A stretch of DNA of 64,000 nt from Gemmatimonas sp. Lineage in GTDB: Bacteria; Gemmatimonadota; Gemmatimonadetes; Gemmatimonadales; Gemmatimonadaceae. The stretch covers positions 1,216,001 through 1,280,000 of the forward strand of contig OZ257156.1 in assembly GCA_965279375.1 (NCBI GenBank), read 5' to 3'. The position numbers were made by a program, and so were the translations under genes. Positions 30,981-40,859 of this stretch are shown here, piece by piece. The notes under the pieces are model-generated. The model did not search any database. It was not told the DNA's origin and saw only the letters and a list, made by a program, of their open reading frames with translations. Every line of letters starts with the position of its first letter. Position 1 is the first letter of the stretch.

Positions 30981-31254
30981 ACAGCAAACCTCGCACGTCA
31001 CCTCGACTCCCCTCGCAGCATAACCCAGCCACGTCGTGCCGACTTTCTAGCGCTCCTCCGGCCGACTACACAGCGATTGCACGCCGTTCCCGACAGCCTA
31101 ACCGTCCATCGATTCCTGGCGTATTCGGTGGCGAAGTTGGGGTGTGGTGGGCAGTTGCCGCGGTTCGGCGTGGGCAGCATGTTTCGGACTACACGGCGAG
31201 AACGACGAGCGAGAACCGGGTCGGTGCGGAGTGGTGCGAGCGGGAGACTTGGTG

Positions 31255-31271
31255 TCGAATGCTCGTTAGGT
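31255..31271 (+). other. Putative attI crossover (G/TTAGGT at 31265)
   Basis: GTTAGGTGGCGC is the exact reverse complement of the first cassette end GCGCCACCTAAC (32086-32097); no attC body upstream. Confidence 0.75.
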
Positions 31272-31310
31272 GGCGCTGCGCCAAAAAATGACCCCTTCCG
31301 AGATCCATGC

Positions 31311-32051
31311 GTGATTGACGATGAAACCGAGGCAGTCCTCCGCTCAATTTTCGATCCGAGTATGAGCGAGTCGGAGCCGGGCGACCTTGGCGAGACACAG
31401 CGGCAGCCCGTCTTCGACGAGGTACTCGAGCTAGCGAAGCATCTCGGCGCCGACGCGCCAGAGGAGGCGCTACAGCAGTGTTTATCGCTGTATCCGCATC
31501 TGCTTCTTCGGGCGCTGCCCACGGCCGGCAATGGAAATCTCGCTGTGCTGACGAAGCCTCCAGTTGGCACAAGGTACTGTGCTGACTTCGCAGTGCTAAC
31601 GTATGGTCAGGGCGGTTGCTACATAGAGCTTGTTGAACTGGAAAGAGCGATAGATCCGCTCTTTACCAAGGCAGGAACTCCGGCTCGCCGACTGCAGGGC
31701 GCGATTGGACAGGTACAGGACTGGCACCAGTGGATAGTGCCGAATCGAAAATCGTTTGTACGCGATTTGGTGAGCCGAGCAATGTCATGTCCGGTGTATC
31801 CGGCTCGCGCGGAGAACGGTAGCTTCGCCCTGAAGTCAGCCAATGATCTCGAAGCCGCTTGGCGTGGCTTCAGTGGATTTGATCACGCAAAGATCACTTA
31901 CACCGTAGTCATTGGGCGTTGGGGTCTTCTGTCCCGCGAAGATCAGGCACGGCTCGTGTTCTTGAATCAGGAGGGTTCCTGGCTGTGCGCAGTGCGCACG
32001 TACGACCAGATTGTGCGACGCGCGTACGACGGACCGCCAATCTTCTGGTAG
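31311..32051 (+). CDS. Cassette: Shedu SduA-like (DUF4263) nuclease
   Basis: EEALQQ.L..YPHLL, ADFAVL, ELVELE, LFTK.G, AIGQVQDW, VVIGR, TYDQIV; start GTG 31311 or ATG 31362. Confidence 0.8.
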   Translation: MIDDETEAVLRSIFDPSMSESEPGDLGETQRQPVFDEVLELAKHLGADAPEEALQQCLSLYPHLLLRALPTAGNGNLAVLTKPPVGTRYCADFAVLTYGQGGCYIELVELERAIDPLFTKAGTPARRLQGAIGQVQDWHQWIVPNRKSFVRDLVSRAMSCPVYPARAENGSFALKSANDLEAAWRGFSGFDHAKITYTVVIGRWGLLSREDQARLVFLNQEGSWLCAVRTYDQIVRRAYDGPPIFW

Positions 32052-32090
32052 GGCGGCGCGTGGCCGGGCCCAATCCGGCGAGGACGCGCC

Positions 32091-32200
32091 ACCTAACCTT
32101 GCGTTGCTATTGACAACGGCTTCAAGGTAGCGGCCTTGCGCCCTGCGGGCGCTGGCCGCAACCTATTGAAGGCCGTTGCAATAGAACGCGAGCGTTAGAC
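32091..32200 (+). repeat. attC site (major type)
   Basis: ACCTAAC...GTTAGAC, 110-bp imperfect palindrome. Confidence 0.92.
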
Positions 32201-32215
32201 CACTAACAGACTTCG

Positions 32216-33211
32216 ATGCCTCGACTTGTAGTTGTATTTGACACAAATGTCTATCGCGCCACGGCCGAGTCTGACTTTCTTGAAATGCGTCGACTGGAGC
32301 GCTCTCGCGGCGTGATCGGGTTCGCAAACTACGGCACCGTCGTCGAACTCCTCTCACATCTTGCAGCTCCCGACTCTTCTGATGGTCGAGCTTCCGCGGC
32401 TGGGGCAGCCCGCCTTGTCGCGCATTGCACTGAGTACGACGGGGCGGTCCACGTGGTTCGATTCATTGCTTCACCCCTGGGCCAAGTCACTCGATACCTC
32501 TTTGGGCACACGCCAGTGCAAGAGGAAGACGCGGATGGCTTTGGCGCAGTGCTCGGGCGATGGGTCCATGATCCTGCGTTCCGTGACAGCGCGATAGAGC
32601 TAGTGCAGGAAATTCGGGCGGAGACCGCCGCGAAGCGCGCCGCGTACGTGGAGATGCTCTGGGAGACAGTTGTAAAGACTGTCTCTCCACATGCCGAGCA
32701 GTGGTCGGACGTGGCAAAGCGGAGCGATCTACGGGATCAGCTGCTAGCCGGAGTTCGCGCCGGAGAAGGGGCCGCCATCATCGCGAACGGCATGGTACGC
32801 GAGGCGGCACTGGTTGCGGGTCGCGAACTCAGTGAGACCGAAGAACGGCGCCTGACAGACTCCGTGCTCGTGAACTTTCGAACGATGATTGAGTATCGCA
32901 GTCTAATCGTCGAGAAGCTCATCAGTGGCGGTCCTAACATGACCAAGCGCAGTCGCGCAAACGGCGTCTTCGATCAAGTCGTATGCGGCGCTACAGGAGG
33001 GCTCGCGCGAATTCGCAACTGCCCCGTGCTCGTCGTGAGTAACGATGGAGATATTCTAGAAGCTGCACGGAGGGCAGACATGACGCTGGAGATCGTGAGC
33101 CCGGAGGAGTATCGCTCCCTCCTTGAGCGCAATCCAGATGACTTCAATGATCACGTAACTGAGATATTCCGCAAACAAGCCGCTCGCAAGGTGGACGCGC
33201 CAGTGGTCTAA
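32216..33211 (+). CDS. Cassette: PIN-like domain protein
   Basis: VVFDTNVY at N terminus, VVEL, FDQVV, VSNDGD; stop lies in the attC TAA. Confidence 0.6.
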   Translation: MPRLVVVFDTNVYRATAESDFLEMRRLERSRGVIGFANYGTVVELLSHLAAPDSSDGRASAAGAARLVAHCTEYDGAVHVVRFIASPLGQVTRYLFGHTPVQEEDADGFGAVLGRWVHDPAFRDSAIELVQEIRAETAAKRAAYVEMLWETVVKTVSPHAEQWSDVAKRSDLRDQLLAGVRAGEGAAIIANGMVREAALVAGRELSETEERRLTDSVLVNFRTMIEYRSLIVEKLISGGPNMTKRSRANGVFDQVVCGATGGLARIRNCPVLVVSNDGDILEAARRADMTLEIVSPEEYRSLLERNPDDFNDHVTEIFRKQAARKVDAPVV

Positions 33212-33324
33212 CCTTGCGTTGGTGCAGACAGCCGCTCAGCGGTGCGCCGTGTAACTGCGGCGCTGGCGCGCCTCCGTTCACGGCTTCCTCTTTGAGCGGC
33301 TGCTGCACAACGCCATCGTTAGAC
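33206..33324 (+). repeat. attC site (minor 119-bp type)
   Basis: GTCTAAC...GTTAGAC; near-identical to 52791-52909. Confidence 0.9.
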
Positions 33325-33447
33325 CGCAATGGACCAACCGCGTGCTCCTCGCCACCGCGGCGCGGTCGCGTTCGTCTCACACGACCACCGTGGTCCCGCG
33401 AGTAGCATACGACGGCAGGTAGTCGCTCACGTCGACGCGGATGACGC

Positions 33448-34107
33448 ATGGTGCGATCGCTCCCGAACTCCACCCGGCGCTTCGGCCTCGTCGCCGCACT
33501 CGCACTGGTCGCGGTCAATGTGGTGTACACGGTCGTGCTCGGCATCGGACTCCTGCGACTCCCCTCGCCGGACACGCCGATTCAAGGCCCGGTGTTCGTC
33601 GCGCTTGAGCTCCTGATCCTCGCGATTGGCCCGTTGCTGGTCGCTGTGGCGGTTGCCATCCACGCGTGGGCGGAGGCCGACCGCCAGATCTACAGTCTGT
33701 GCGGCGTCGTCGGCATGAGTCTCACGGCGCTGCTCACCAGCAGCGTCCACTTCGTCATTCTCACGATCAGTCACCAGGCCACGATGACGGCGTGGCCCGC
33801 GCTCCCGTTGCTGCTGTCGTTCACGTGGCCGTCGGTCACCTACGCGCTCGACATTCTGGCGTGGGATGTCTGCTTCCCGCTGGGCGCGCTGGCCCTCGCG
33901 ATGGTCTTCCGCGGCTCTCGTCTGCACACCTGGATTCGCTGGCTGCTCGTCGCGAGCGCCGGGCTCGCATTCGCCGGCTTGAGCGGGGTGCTGCTTGACG
34001 ATATGGCGTGGCGGAATCTCGGGATCGTGGGCTACGGGGTGATGTTCCCCGTGGCGGTCGGGTGCATCGCGCGCCGCTTCTGGTCCGTCGCGCGCATTGC
34101 GGTCTAA
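33448..34107 (+). CDS. Cassette: multi-pass membrane protein
   Basis: About 6 hydrophobic helices; stop lies in the attC. Confidence 0.75.
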   Translation: MVRSLPNSTRRFGLVAALALVAVNVVYTVVLGIGLLRLPSPDTPIQGPVFVALELLILAIGPLLVAVAVAIHAWAEADRQIYSLCGVVGMSLTALLTSSVHFVILTISHQATMTAWPALPLLLSFTWPSVTYALDILAWDVCFPLGALALAMVFRGSRLHTWIRWLLVASAGLAFAGLSGVLLDDMAWRNLGIVGYGVMFPVAVGCIARRFWSVARIAV

Positions 34108-34212
34108 CACGGCGTTGCGGTTGACAGGGCCTGCAAGGATGGTGGCCTGTTCGCTGACGCTCACTGGCCACAACTTATGGAAGGGCCCTGCAACCGAACG
34201 CAATCGTTAGCC
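34102..34212 (+). repeat. attC site
   Basis: GTCTAAC...GTTAGCC. Confidence 0.92.
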
Positions 34213-34258
34213 AGCGCAGCCCAACGTCACTTTTGCGTCACCCCAATCCTGATTCACA

Positions 34259-36223
34259 ATGTCGGTATTACTTCCTCCGCGTGGCCTCACCTCACTCGCT
34301 CTGCTTAAGGCTCGCTTTGACGCCGGTGAAGATCATCTCGGTCTCTTTGCACCATTCGTGTCGGACATTCTTCCGCGCTTCGGTAGAGACGGCTTCACGC
34401 TTGCAGACTGCAAGCTCGCCGTCGAGCAAGAGCATGGGCTGACAATCCCACAAGACGCTCTATCGCCGATCCTAGCACGTCGCGGACTCGCTGAATTTGT
34501 CAGAAGAGAAGGAGGGCGTTACTGGCTTACGCGGTCTCCTGAAGTGCCAAACAAGCTTCGGGATCAGCGTGAAGCCGTCGAGCGTGACTTTGGCGTCCTA
34601 GCGTCGGCACTACGGAAGAGGCTCAGTGACGCCAAAGAGCCGATAGGCACGCTACAGGATGCACTCGCCCTGCTCGTTGCATTCCTAGTTGACAATGACG
34701 TCGTAGTCCTCCTCGACCAACTAGAGCGTTTCACTCCTCTCAAGAGCGAGGCGCTCTCGCGCCATCATTCTCGCCTCGTCGCAGCATTCATACTAGAGGA
34801 CGTGATTCCCAATCCCGCGCTCGCGAGCGTGCTTGAACAACTAACGCGTGGCATTGTGCTGCAGGATGCTCTGCTGCTTCGCAGTACATCAGAAATTGAA
34901 CAGAGACTAAACGGCCTCACTGTCTTCCTCGACACGGGCTTCTTGCTGGGGCTGGTTGGTGCAAAAGGCGAAGCTGCTAGGTTGGCTGCGCGGGAGTCAG
35001 GGAGTCTAATCGTTGCGGTGGGCGCAACTCTAGCCGCATTTGACGCAACCATCGACGAGATGAAGCGAATTCTCTTCGTCTACGAAAGACTTCTGAGTAC
35101 GCCAGCGGGAAAGTTGTCTCTCCACTCGACGCCTTTGACACATCACTTCCTTAGTGTCGATGCCTCGCCGAGTGATATCAGACAGCTATCTGCAACTCTT
35201 GCATTGAGTGTGAGAGGGTCAGGTGTAGTTGTGCGCGATTTCCCAAAGAGGACGGCCGACTATACGCTCGATGAGACCGATTTAGAGCGGCGGCTATCGA
35301 GAAATGATGGTTCAAAGGAAGACTCGCGAATTCGACACGATATCGATTGCGTTGCTGCGATCTTACACTTCCGCGCAGGAAGAACGTCGCCCGCCCTAGA
35401 ACGTACCAGCGCCATATTCGCGACAACCTCAGGACTGGTGGTTCGTTCGGTTGCTCAGTGGTACCGAGAGCAGGGCGGGCAGGGCCTCTGTCCGGTTATG
35501 CATCTCTCAGCACTTACGAACATTGCTTGGCTGAAGAAGCCGGCCGCGGCCGGAAAGCTGCAACTTCACGAGCTCGCTGCACTCTGCGAGGCCGCTCTGC
35601 AACCATCGCGGCAAGTCTGGGATGCTTTTCAACGCCACTTGCAGCAGCTCCACGAGTCGAAGGAGATCAGCACTGACGAGGCTGTCGCGGTTGTCGCGTC
35701 AGAACTTGCCTCGTCAATGCTGGCTGATATGTCGGAAGATTCGGAGCCAGATGCGTCGTCGATCGGGGACGTGGTTGAACGTGTCAAGGCTCAGTATCAC
35801 GTGGATGCAGACCGGAAGATCGCTCTTCACCAAGCCGAAGTCGATCAGACGCTTGCTACGAAGAATGCCGATATAGCGGAGCGCCAAATGAAGTTGGATT
35901 TCTTAACAAAGGGAATTGACTCGGCGAATACGCGCTATTCGCGGGCAGCCGCAAACGTAGTCTTTTCCCTCCTAGTTGTCGTCATCTTCGGCTCTTTGAT
36001 ACTGAGCCTGCCAGGAGTCTTCGACCATGTACCTCGGGCCGGACGAGTCGGGGCTGTTGCAACATTGCTGATGTCGTTAGGAGTGCAATTGTGGTTTGCG
36101 GTTCTGGGAGGATCACTGCTAGCATTGCGCGACCGTATTCAAGCTTGGTTCGCGCCTCACATCAGGAAGCTGCAACTGGAGCCGCCATCAAGTTCCACCG
36201 ATAATCTCGGCAAAAAGCAATGA
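34259..36223 (+). CDS. Cassette: 654-aa protein with PIN-like core and two C-terminal TM helices
   Basis: VFLDTGFLL, TIDEM, HDIDC, FATTS; coiled coil, then two hydrophobic segments. Confidence 0.6.
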   Translation: MSVLLPPRGLTSLALLKARFDAGEDHLGLFAPFVSDILPRFGRDGFTLADCKLAVEQEHGLTIPQDALSPILARRGLAEFVRREGGRYWLTRSPEVPNKLRDQREAVERDFGVLASALRKRLSDAKEPIGTLQDALALLVAFLVDNDVVVLLDQLERFTPLKSEALSRHHSRLVAAFILEDVIPNPALASVLEQLTRGIVLQDALLLRSTSEIEQRLNGLTVFLDTGFLLGLVGAKGEAARLAARESGSLIVAVGATLAAFDATIDEMKRILFVYERLLSTPAGKLSLHSTPLTHHFLSVDASPSDIRQLSATLALSVRGSGVVVRDFPKRTADYTLDETDLERRLSRNDGSKEDSRIRHDIDCVAAILHFRAGRTSPALERTSAIFATTSGLVVRSVAQWYREQGGQGLCPVMHLSALTNIAWLKKPAAAGKLQLHELAALCEAALQPSRQVWDAFQRHLQQLHESKEISTDEAVAVVASELASSMLADMSEDSEPDASSIGDVVERVKAQYHVDADRKIALHQAEVDQTLATKNADIAERQMKLDFLTKGIDSANTRYSRAAANVVFSLLVVVIFGSLILSLPGVFDHVPRAGRVGAVATLLMSLGVQLWFAVLGGSLLALRDRIQAWFAPHIRKLQLEPPSSSTDNLGKKQ

Positions 36224-36249
36224 GTGTTGTGGCGCCGTCGCCCTGCGCT

Positions 36250-36362
36250 GGCTAACTGTGCGTTGCTGCTGACAGGGCCTTCAAAGGTTGCGGCCAATTG
36301 CTCGCTGCGCTCGCTGGCCGCAACTTGTTGAAGGGCCCTGCAGCAGAACGCGAACGTTAGAT
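36250..36362 (+). repeat. attC site
   Basis: GGCTAAC...GTTAGAT. Confidence 0.92.
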
Positions 36363-37043
36363 GGTCCCATCGCGCGACGGCAACGGAGCGAGGCCCGCTC
36401 GGATCATTGGGGTTCGCCCGACGTCAGGGCGGCATCCGGTGCGCGGCCCCTCGTGCGCGCCGCGTGACGTCTGCGAGGACACGTTCAGCCATTGTGTGCG
36501 TACTCGTCGGCACATCGAACGATGACCTGCAGGACGCGCGCAGGTGGACATCACCGTCGTGCTCGTGGTCGCGGTCGTGGCGTGAGGCGAACGCGGCGCG
36601 CCGTTCAATCGTCCGAAGTCAATACATGTCGGTGGTCGGGAAGGGCCGCCGCACGGTCCTGGCACGCGATGCCGCGGCTGATCTGCGTCCATCGCTCCGT
36701 CGCTTTGTCGCGTTGCGCGTTGCCGTGCCTCGCGACACGATCGCGAGAGTCCGTGCCGCACCGCTGCATCAGCCGCTGGCGTGGTCGCACCAGACCACCG
36801 CAGTCGACGACAACGCGCGGCCCGCGCGACGGCGTCGATCCTCGCGTGGGGCGCGGATGCAGCGCGTGTGCCGGTTGCCGGTGACCGGTCTTGGCCGGGC
36901 GAGCCCCGCCGGCCCCGCGCGGCGTCGCGTGGCGTCAAGGGGTTGCCGGTCACTGCGCGCGTCACCCCAGCCCTGGCCCACGCGCGAGGCGCGGGCGACG
37001 AACAGGGTCGTGGACGCTCACAACAGCCCTGGGACCATCTAAC
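36356..37043 (+). other. Cassette without recognisable protein (candidate structured RNA, or Arg-rich ORF 36407-37042), copy A
   Basis: Homologous to 40853-41534; identical 40-nt block; conserved long-range complementarity. Confidence 0.5.
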
Positions 37044-37147
37044 AATGCGTTGCTGTTGTCGGCGGTTCCAAGGATGGCGGCCTTGCTCCCTTCGGTCGCC
37101 GGCCGCAACCTATGGAAGGCCGCCGCAACAGAACGCCATCGTTAGGT
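37037..37147 (+). repeat. attC site
   Basis: ATCTAAC...GTTAGGT. Confidence 0.92.
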
Positions 37148-37314
37148 GGCACGCGAAGCGCTTGCAGAAACGCAGGGGGGTTCTCACATTCCGTAAGGTC
37201 GCTGAGGCAGGCGGAGTTTGGACGTCCGCTCTTCCCTTTCGATTGCCGTCACGACGTTGGTGTTGGAAGCCAACGTCCTTCCCAGCGGCTTCGATTCGGT
37301 AGCCTAGGTGCGAA

Positions 37315-38139
37315 CTAGCTGCGTTGAGTGTCCGTTGCGTCTGATTCGTCGGTTTCGACCATTAGTTCGACTAGCGCCATCAGCCGTTTTTTCTCGCTAG
37401 CTGTTAAACGCTCTGGCAAGTCGATACTGACGGAGCGTCCCTGTGCCAGAGTCATCGACAGCACATTGCGCCCGACTCTGCGGCCTTCGTCGAGCCTGGG
37501 AGACTGTGTCGCTAAGTCTCCCTCAGTGCGCACGCTCGAAGTCGTGGGTGCTTCGGAGACGCGCTCCGCGGATACGGCGTCAGAAGGAAGTGACTTGGCT
37601 GCAGGATCGTCTTGACGAAGAAGAACTGCGTCTCTTGCCGCGGCGGTCCACTCGATTCTCGTCGGCTTCCCTCTTCTGCCGATCAAGAAGGATCCAAGAC
37701 CGGCGAATGCCGCGAACTTCCCAAATACAAACCCGCCCTCATCGCGGTTTGTCTGACTATTCCCAAAGCCGTGTGTGCTCCACCACGTCTCAATCCATTG
37801 TATGGGCGTCTCGCGTGATTGGCCGCGACTAAAGATGGCCTCCAGCAAGAGCTCGTAGGGTTGATATCGTAGTAGCGCCGTGCGCACCAAAGCCGGACGC
37901 TCCGAGGACTGAGCGAGCGCAAACTCGCGCCCGCTAGGCGTTAGCTCGCCACTGTCCGCTTGGAGAAAGCCGAGCCCTGAAGCCGCGGTAAGCGTCCCCT
38001 GGAAGCCTTGGGTCGGGAAATTGAGCGTCTGAATCTGAGCGAGATCCCGACCGCGAGCCCGAGCCTCCAGAAGCCGAACCAAGTCTTCGGGGGTTGTTCG
38101 ATAAGGGAGCGTTACGGCCCCACCCTTTTGATCATCCAT
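37315..38139 (-). CDS. Cassette (inverted ORF): winged-helix-like hypothetical protein
   Basis: Perfect SD TAAGGAGGTG upstream of ATG; LGFL..GELTPSG wHTH-like motif. Confidence 0.75.
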   Translation of the reverse strand: MDDQKGGAVTLPYRTTPEDLVRLLEARARGRDLAQIQTLNFPTQGFQGTLTAASGLGFLQADSGELTPSGREFALAQSSERPALVRTALLRYQPYELLLEAIFSRGQSRETPIQWIETWWSTHGFGNSQTNRDEGGFVFGKFAAFAGLGSFLIGRRGKPTRIEWTAAARDAVLLRQDDPAAKSLPSDAVSAERVSEAPTTSSVRTEGDLATQSPRLDEGRRVGRNVLSMTLAQGRSVSIDLPERLTASEKKRLMALVELMVETDESDATDTQRS

Positions 38140-38358
38140 ACGTCGCCACCTCCTTATCGGGGATCATAGCTCCAGCCCAATCGCTCCGCAACCCCCTTTG
38201 CGCAATCGGAGTTTTAATGGGCGTTTCTAGGCCCTTTGCAGACTGCGCCGATGCCGCCACCAAGCTGCTGAACGAATCCTGCCCGAGAGGTCCATCGCAG
38301 GACTGAAATTGCCCGCGCTCAACAGCACCCCAGTCGAACAGATCGCCGCTATCGTGCC

Positions 38359-38469
38359 ACCTAACCTTGCGTTGCTGCTGACAGGGCCTTCAAAGATTGC
38401 TCCCTTGCTCGCTCCGCTCGCTGGTCGCAACTTGTTGAAGGGCCCTGCAGCAGAACGCGCTCGTTATAC
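38359..38469 (+). repeat. attC site
   Basis: ACCTAAC...GTTATAC. Confidence 0.92.
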
Positions 38470-38533
38470 CGCCAACAAGCACCACGTTGCGATGAAGACA
38501 CGGGCGGCGCGTCGCCGTGCATTGGCTCCCGTG

Positions 38534-39520
38534 CTACCACCGATTGACGAGCATCTCCGCGATGCGCCCGATGGTGAGCTCGAGCTGCGCAAAGTCGCCG
38601 CGGTTCGCATTGGTGTACACGCTGATGACCAGCACGCCGCCGGGATAGACGATGACACCGACATCGCTGCCGGAGGCCGGTGAAGCGTCGCCCGTCTTGT
38701 GGGCGATGCGCACATCCGAACGATAACGCAGCGTGGCTGGCAATCGTGTGGTGTAGAATTGCCCGAACAGGTGGTTCATCATGGCCGTGCTGCTGGCGCG
38801 ATTCGCGTACTTCGCGGTGTAGATGCCTTCGAGCAGCGTCGTCATCTCGCGCGCGGTGGTGCGACCCAGCCACGTCGTGGAGTCCACGGCATACGCGAAA
38901 CGCCTAGCGGCGAGATCAGCGGCGGAGATTCCAGTGACGGGTGGCGCCCGGAATATCTGAACATTGCTCCACGTCGCACGCTCCGGCGAGGCCGCCGCCG
39001 CGAGATTGCGGAAGAACTGCGAAATGGTCTGCACGAGTCGCGTCTCACGGAACCCAAGCTCGCGCAACATGCCGTTGATGCGGTCCATCCCCAGCTTGAC
39101 GATCAGCGCTTCGGTGGCCGTGTTGTCGCTGGTGATGATCATCTGGTCGATCAGGTCCCGGTACGTCACGGTGGCGCCCGGCGTGAGACGTTTGAGCAGC
39201 CCCGTGCCGCCACGCATGTCCTCTTCGCGCAGCGTGATCCGCTCATCCAAGTTGAGTCGCCCGGCTTCGGCATCCCGGTACGCCAGCAGCATGATCGGAA
39301 TCTTGATCGTGCTCATGGTGTTCATCGGCTGGTCGGCGCGTACGTCCACCGTGCGTCCCGAGCCGAGATGGAGGGCCGAGATGCTTGTCGTCGCCGACAG
39401 GAGGTCGAGCTGGCGGCGAATCTCCGCGGTGATGAGCGTGTCGGCGGTGCGCGCCGCCATTTGTGCCCACGAGGTACGCGCGGACAGCAGCATCAACAGG
39501 GCGAGGACGATCGGGCGCAT
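38534..39520 (-). CDS. Cassette (inverted ORF): class A beta-lactamase-fold serine hydrolase, secreted
   Basis: Signal peptide; SxxK (STIK), SDN, KTG; no obvious Glu166 equivalent. Confidence 0.85.
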   Translation of the reverse strand: MRPIVLALLMLLSARTSWAQMAARTADTLITAEIRRQLDLLSATTSISALHLGSGRTVDVRADQPMNTMSTIKIPIMLLAYRDAEAGRLNLDERITLREEDMRGGTGLLKRLTPGATVTYRDLIDQMIITSDNTATEALIVKLGMDRINGMLRELGFRETRLVQTISQFFRNLAAAASPERATWSNVQIFRAPPVTGISAADLAARRFAYAVDSTTWLGRTTAREMTTLLEGIYTAKYANRASSTAMMNHLFGQFYTTRLPATLRYRSDVRIAHKTGDASPASGSDVGVIVYPGGVLVISVYTNANRGDFAQLELTIGRIAEMLVNRW

Positions 39521-39643
39521 GGGGCAGCGAGATGGAGGAGTGGGTGTCAAACGCGTGCACGCGCCGAACTTGCACTCTCCAAAAGCGTTGGGCTAGCCGT
39601 GGCGCTCTCCTCGAGATCGCACCCGGAGGATTGCGGCAGGGCG

Positions 39644-39754
39644 GTATAACATCGCATTGCTGCAGACAGGGCCTTCAAGGATTGCACGCTTGCTCGCTTC
39701 GCTCACCGCGTGCAACCTATGGAAGGGCCCTGCTGCAGAATGCAATCGTTAGGC
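39644..39754 (+). repeat. attC site
   Basis: GTATAAC...GTTAGGC. Confidence 0.92.
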
Positions 39755-40023
39755 AGCAGCTCGCCCGGCCTGAAGTACCCGCTAGGAGTCAGCGCTTCTC
39801 TCTGTCCCGATGAAGAACGCATCTGGCGGAGGTTTCAGGATCGCACCCATCCTCCTGCTCCGCGCGATGCCAGCCCTTGTGAAACGCGCTCCTACCCAGC
39901 CCAAACCTCTCTAGCACTAGGTTTCGAAGCGCCATCACGCTGAGCTGGTGTTCGTGTTCAACTAGCGGTAGAAGTATCTATCCCTAGGACCAAGCGCGAG
40001 CGAAACCTGCAAGCCCACCTGAT

Positions 40024-40752
40024 ATGAATCGAAGCCAAGCGGAAGCCTTAGTGCGCAAGCGTCTCCGTCCGGAGCTCCGCGATGTACTGCGGGTCGCCTC
40101 TGAGCTTGAGGGCGCCCTACGAGGCATTGTAGAACGTCGCGGAGACGAGGAGCCGCAGCAATTGGCGGGGGTGCAGTCCATTCTTGCTGGTCGACTTGCC
40201 GATGACCTTCGAGCGATGCAGTTGCTATCGCTATCTGGATACGCACACCAAGTAGCGTCTCTCGGCGCAACCGCTTACGAAGTCGCGTTCATTTTCGCTT
40301 ATCTGGGCGAAGACGCGTCGCGAGCACAAAGTTGGCTTGAGCACGAAGATGTGACCAAGCTCCCTTGGAAGCGTACCGACATGGTTCGTGAAGCAACTAA
40401 GTTCGCCTTTCCAACAGATCCTGCGGCAGGCTCGAAGCAGGAAGTATTTTACAAGTTTCTCTGTTGGTATAAGCATGCAAATCCCAATGCGCTGAAGCGT
40501 TTCGCACCGAGTCATAACGCATTGAGCCATGCGCTAAACTCTGATCCTACGTTCTCGTCCGCCCACCCCGACCGAGTTCGGTTGCTGCTTTCGCTTCGGG
40601 CGCCGCTTGTGGCAATGATTTCGCTGCTGCAACGACGGCTTCTGACCGACGCGGAGGCTGCAAGAGTCAGTTGTGCGGCTCGCCTGTATTTCGCCGCCGA
40701 GAACGAGCTCATCGCAACCGAACGCGCGTCAGGCTCGAACGCCGCTGCCTAA
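40024..40752 (+). CDS. Cassette: DUF5677/HEPN-like helical protein
   Basis: All-alpha; YKFLCWYKHANP resembles the DUF5677 Y..LS...H..P motif. Confidence 0.5.
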   Translation: MNRSQAEALVRKRLRPELRDVLRVASELEGALRGIVERRGDEEPQQLAGVQSILAGRLADDLRAMQLLSLSGYAHQVASLGATAYEVAFIFAYLGEDASRAQSWLEHEDVTKLPWKRTDMVREATKFAFPTDPAAGSKQEVFYKFLCWYKHANPNALKRFAPSHNALSHALNSDPTFSSAHPDRVRLLLSLRAPLVAMISLLQRRLLTDAEAARVSCAARLYFAAENELIATERASGSNAAA

Positions 40753-40859
40753 CAGTGCGTTGCTGTTGACAGCGCCTTCAAGGAGTGCGGCCTATTGCTC
40801 GCTGCGCTCGCTGGCCGCATCCTGTTGAAGGGCGCTGCAACAGAACGCGCTCGTTAGAT
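40747..40859 (+). repeat. attC site
   Basis: GCCTAAC...GTTAGAT. Confidence 0.92.
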
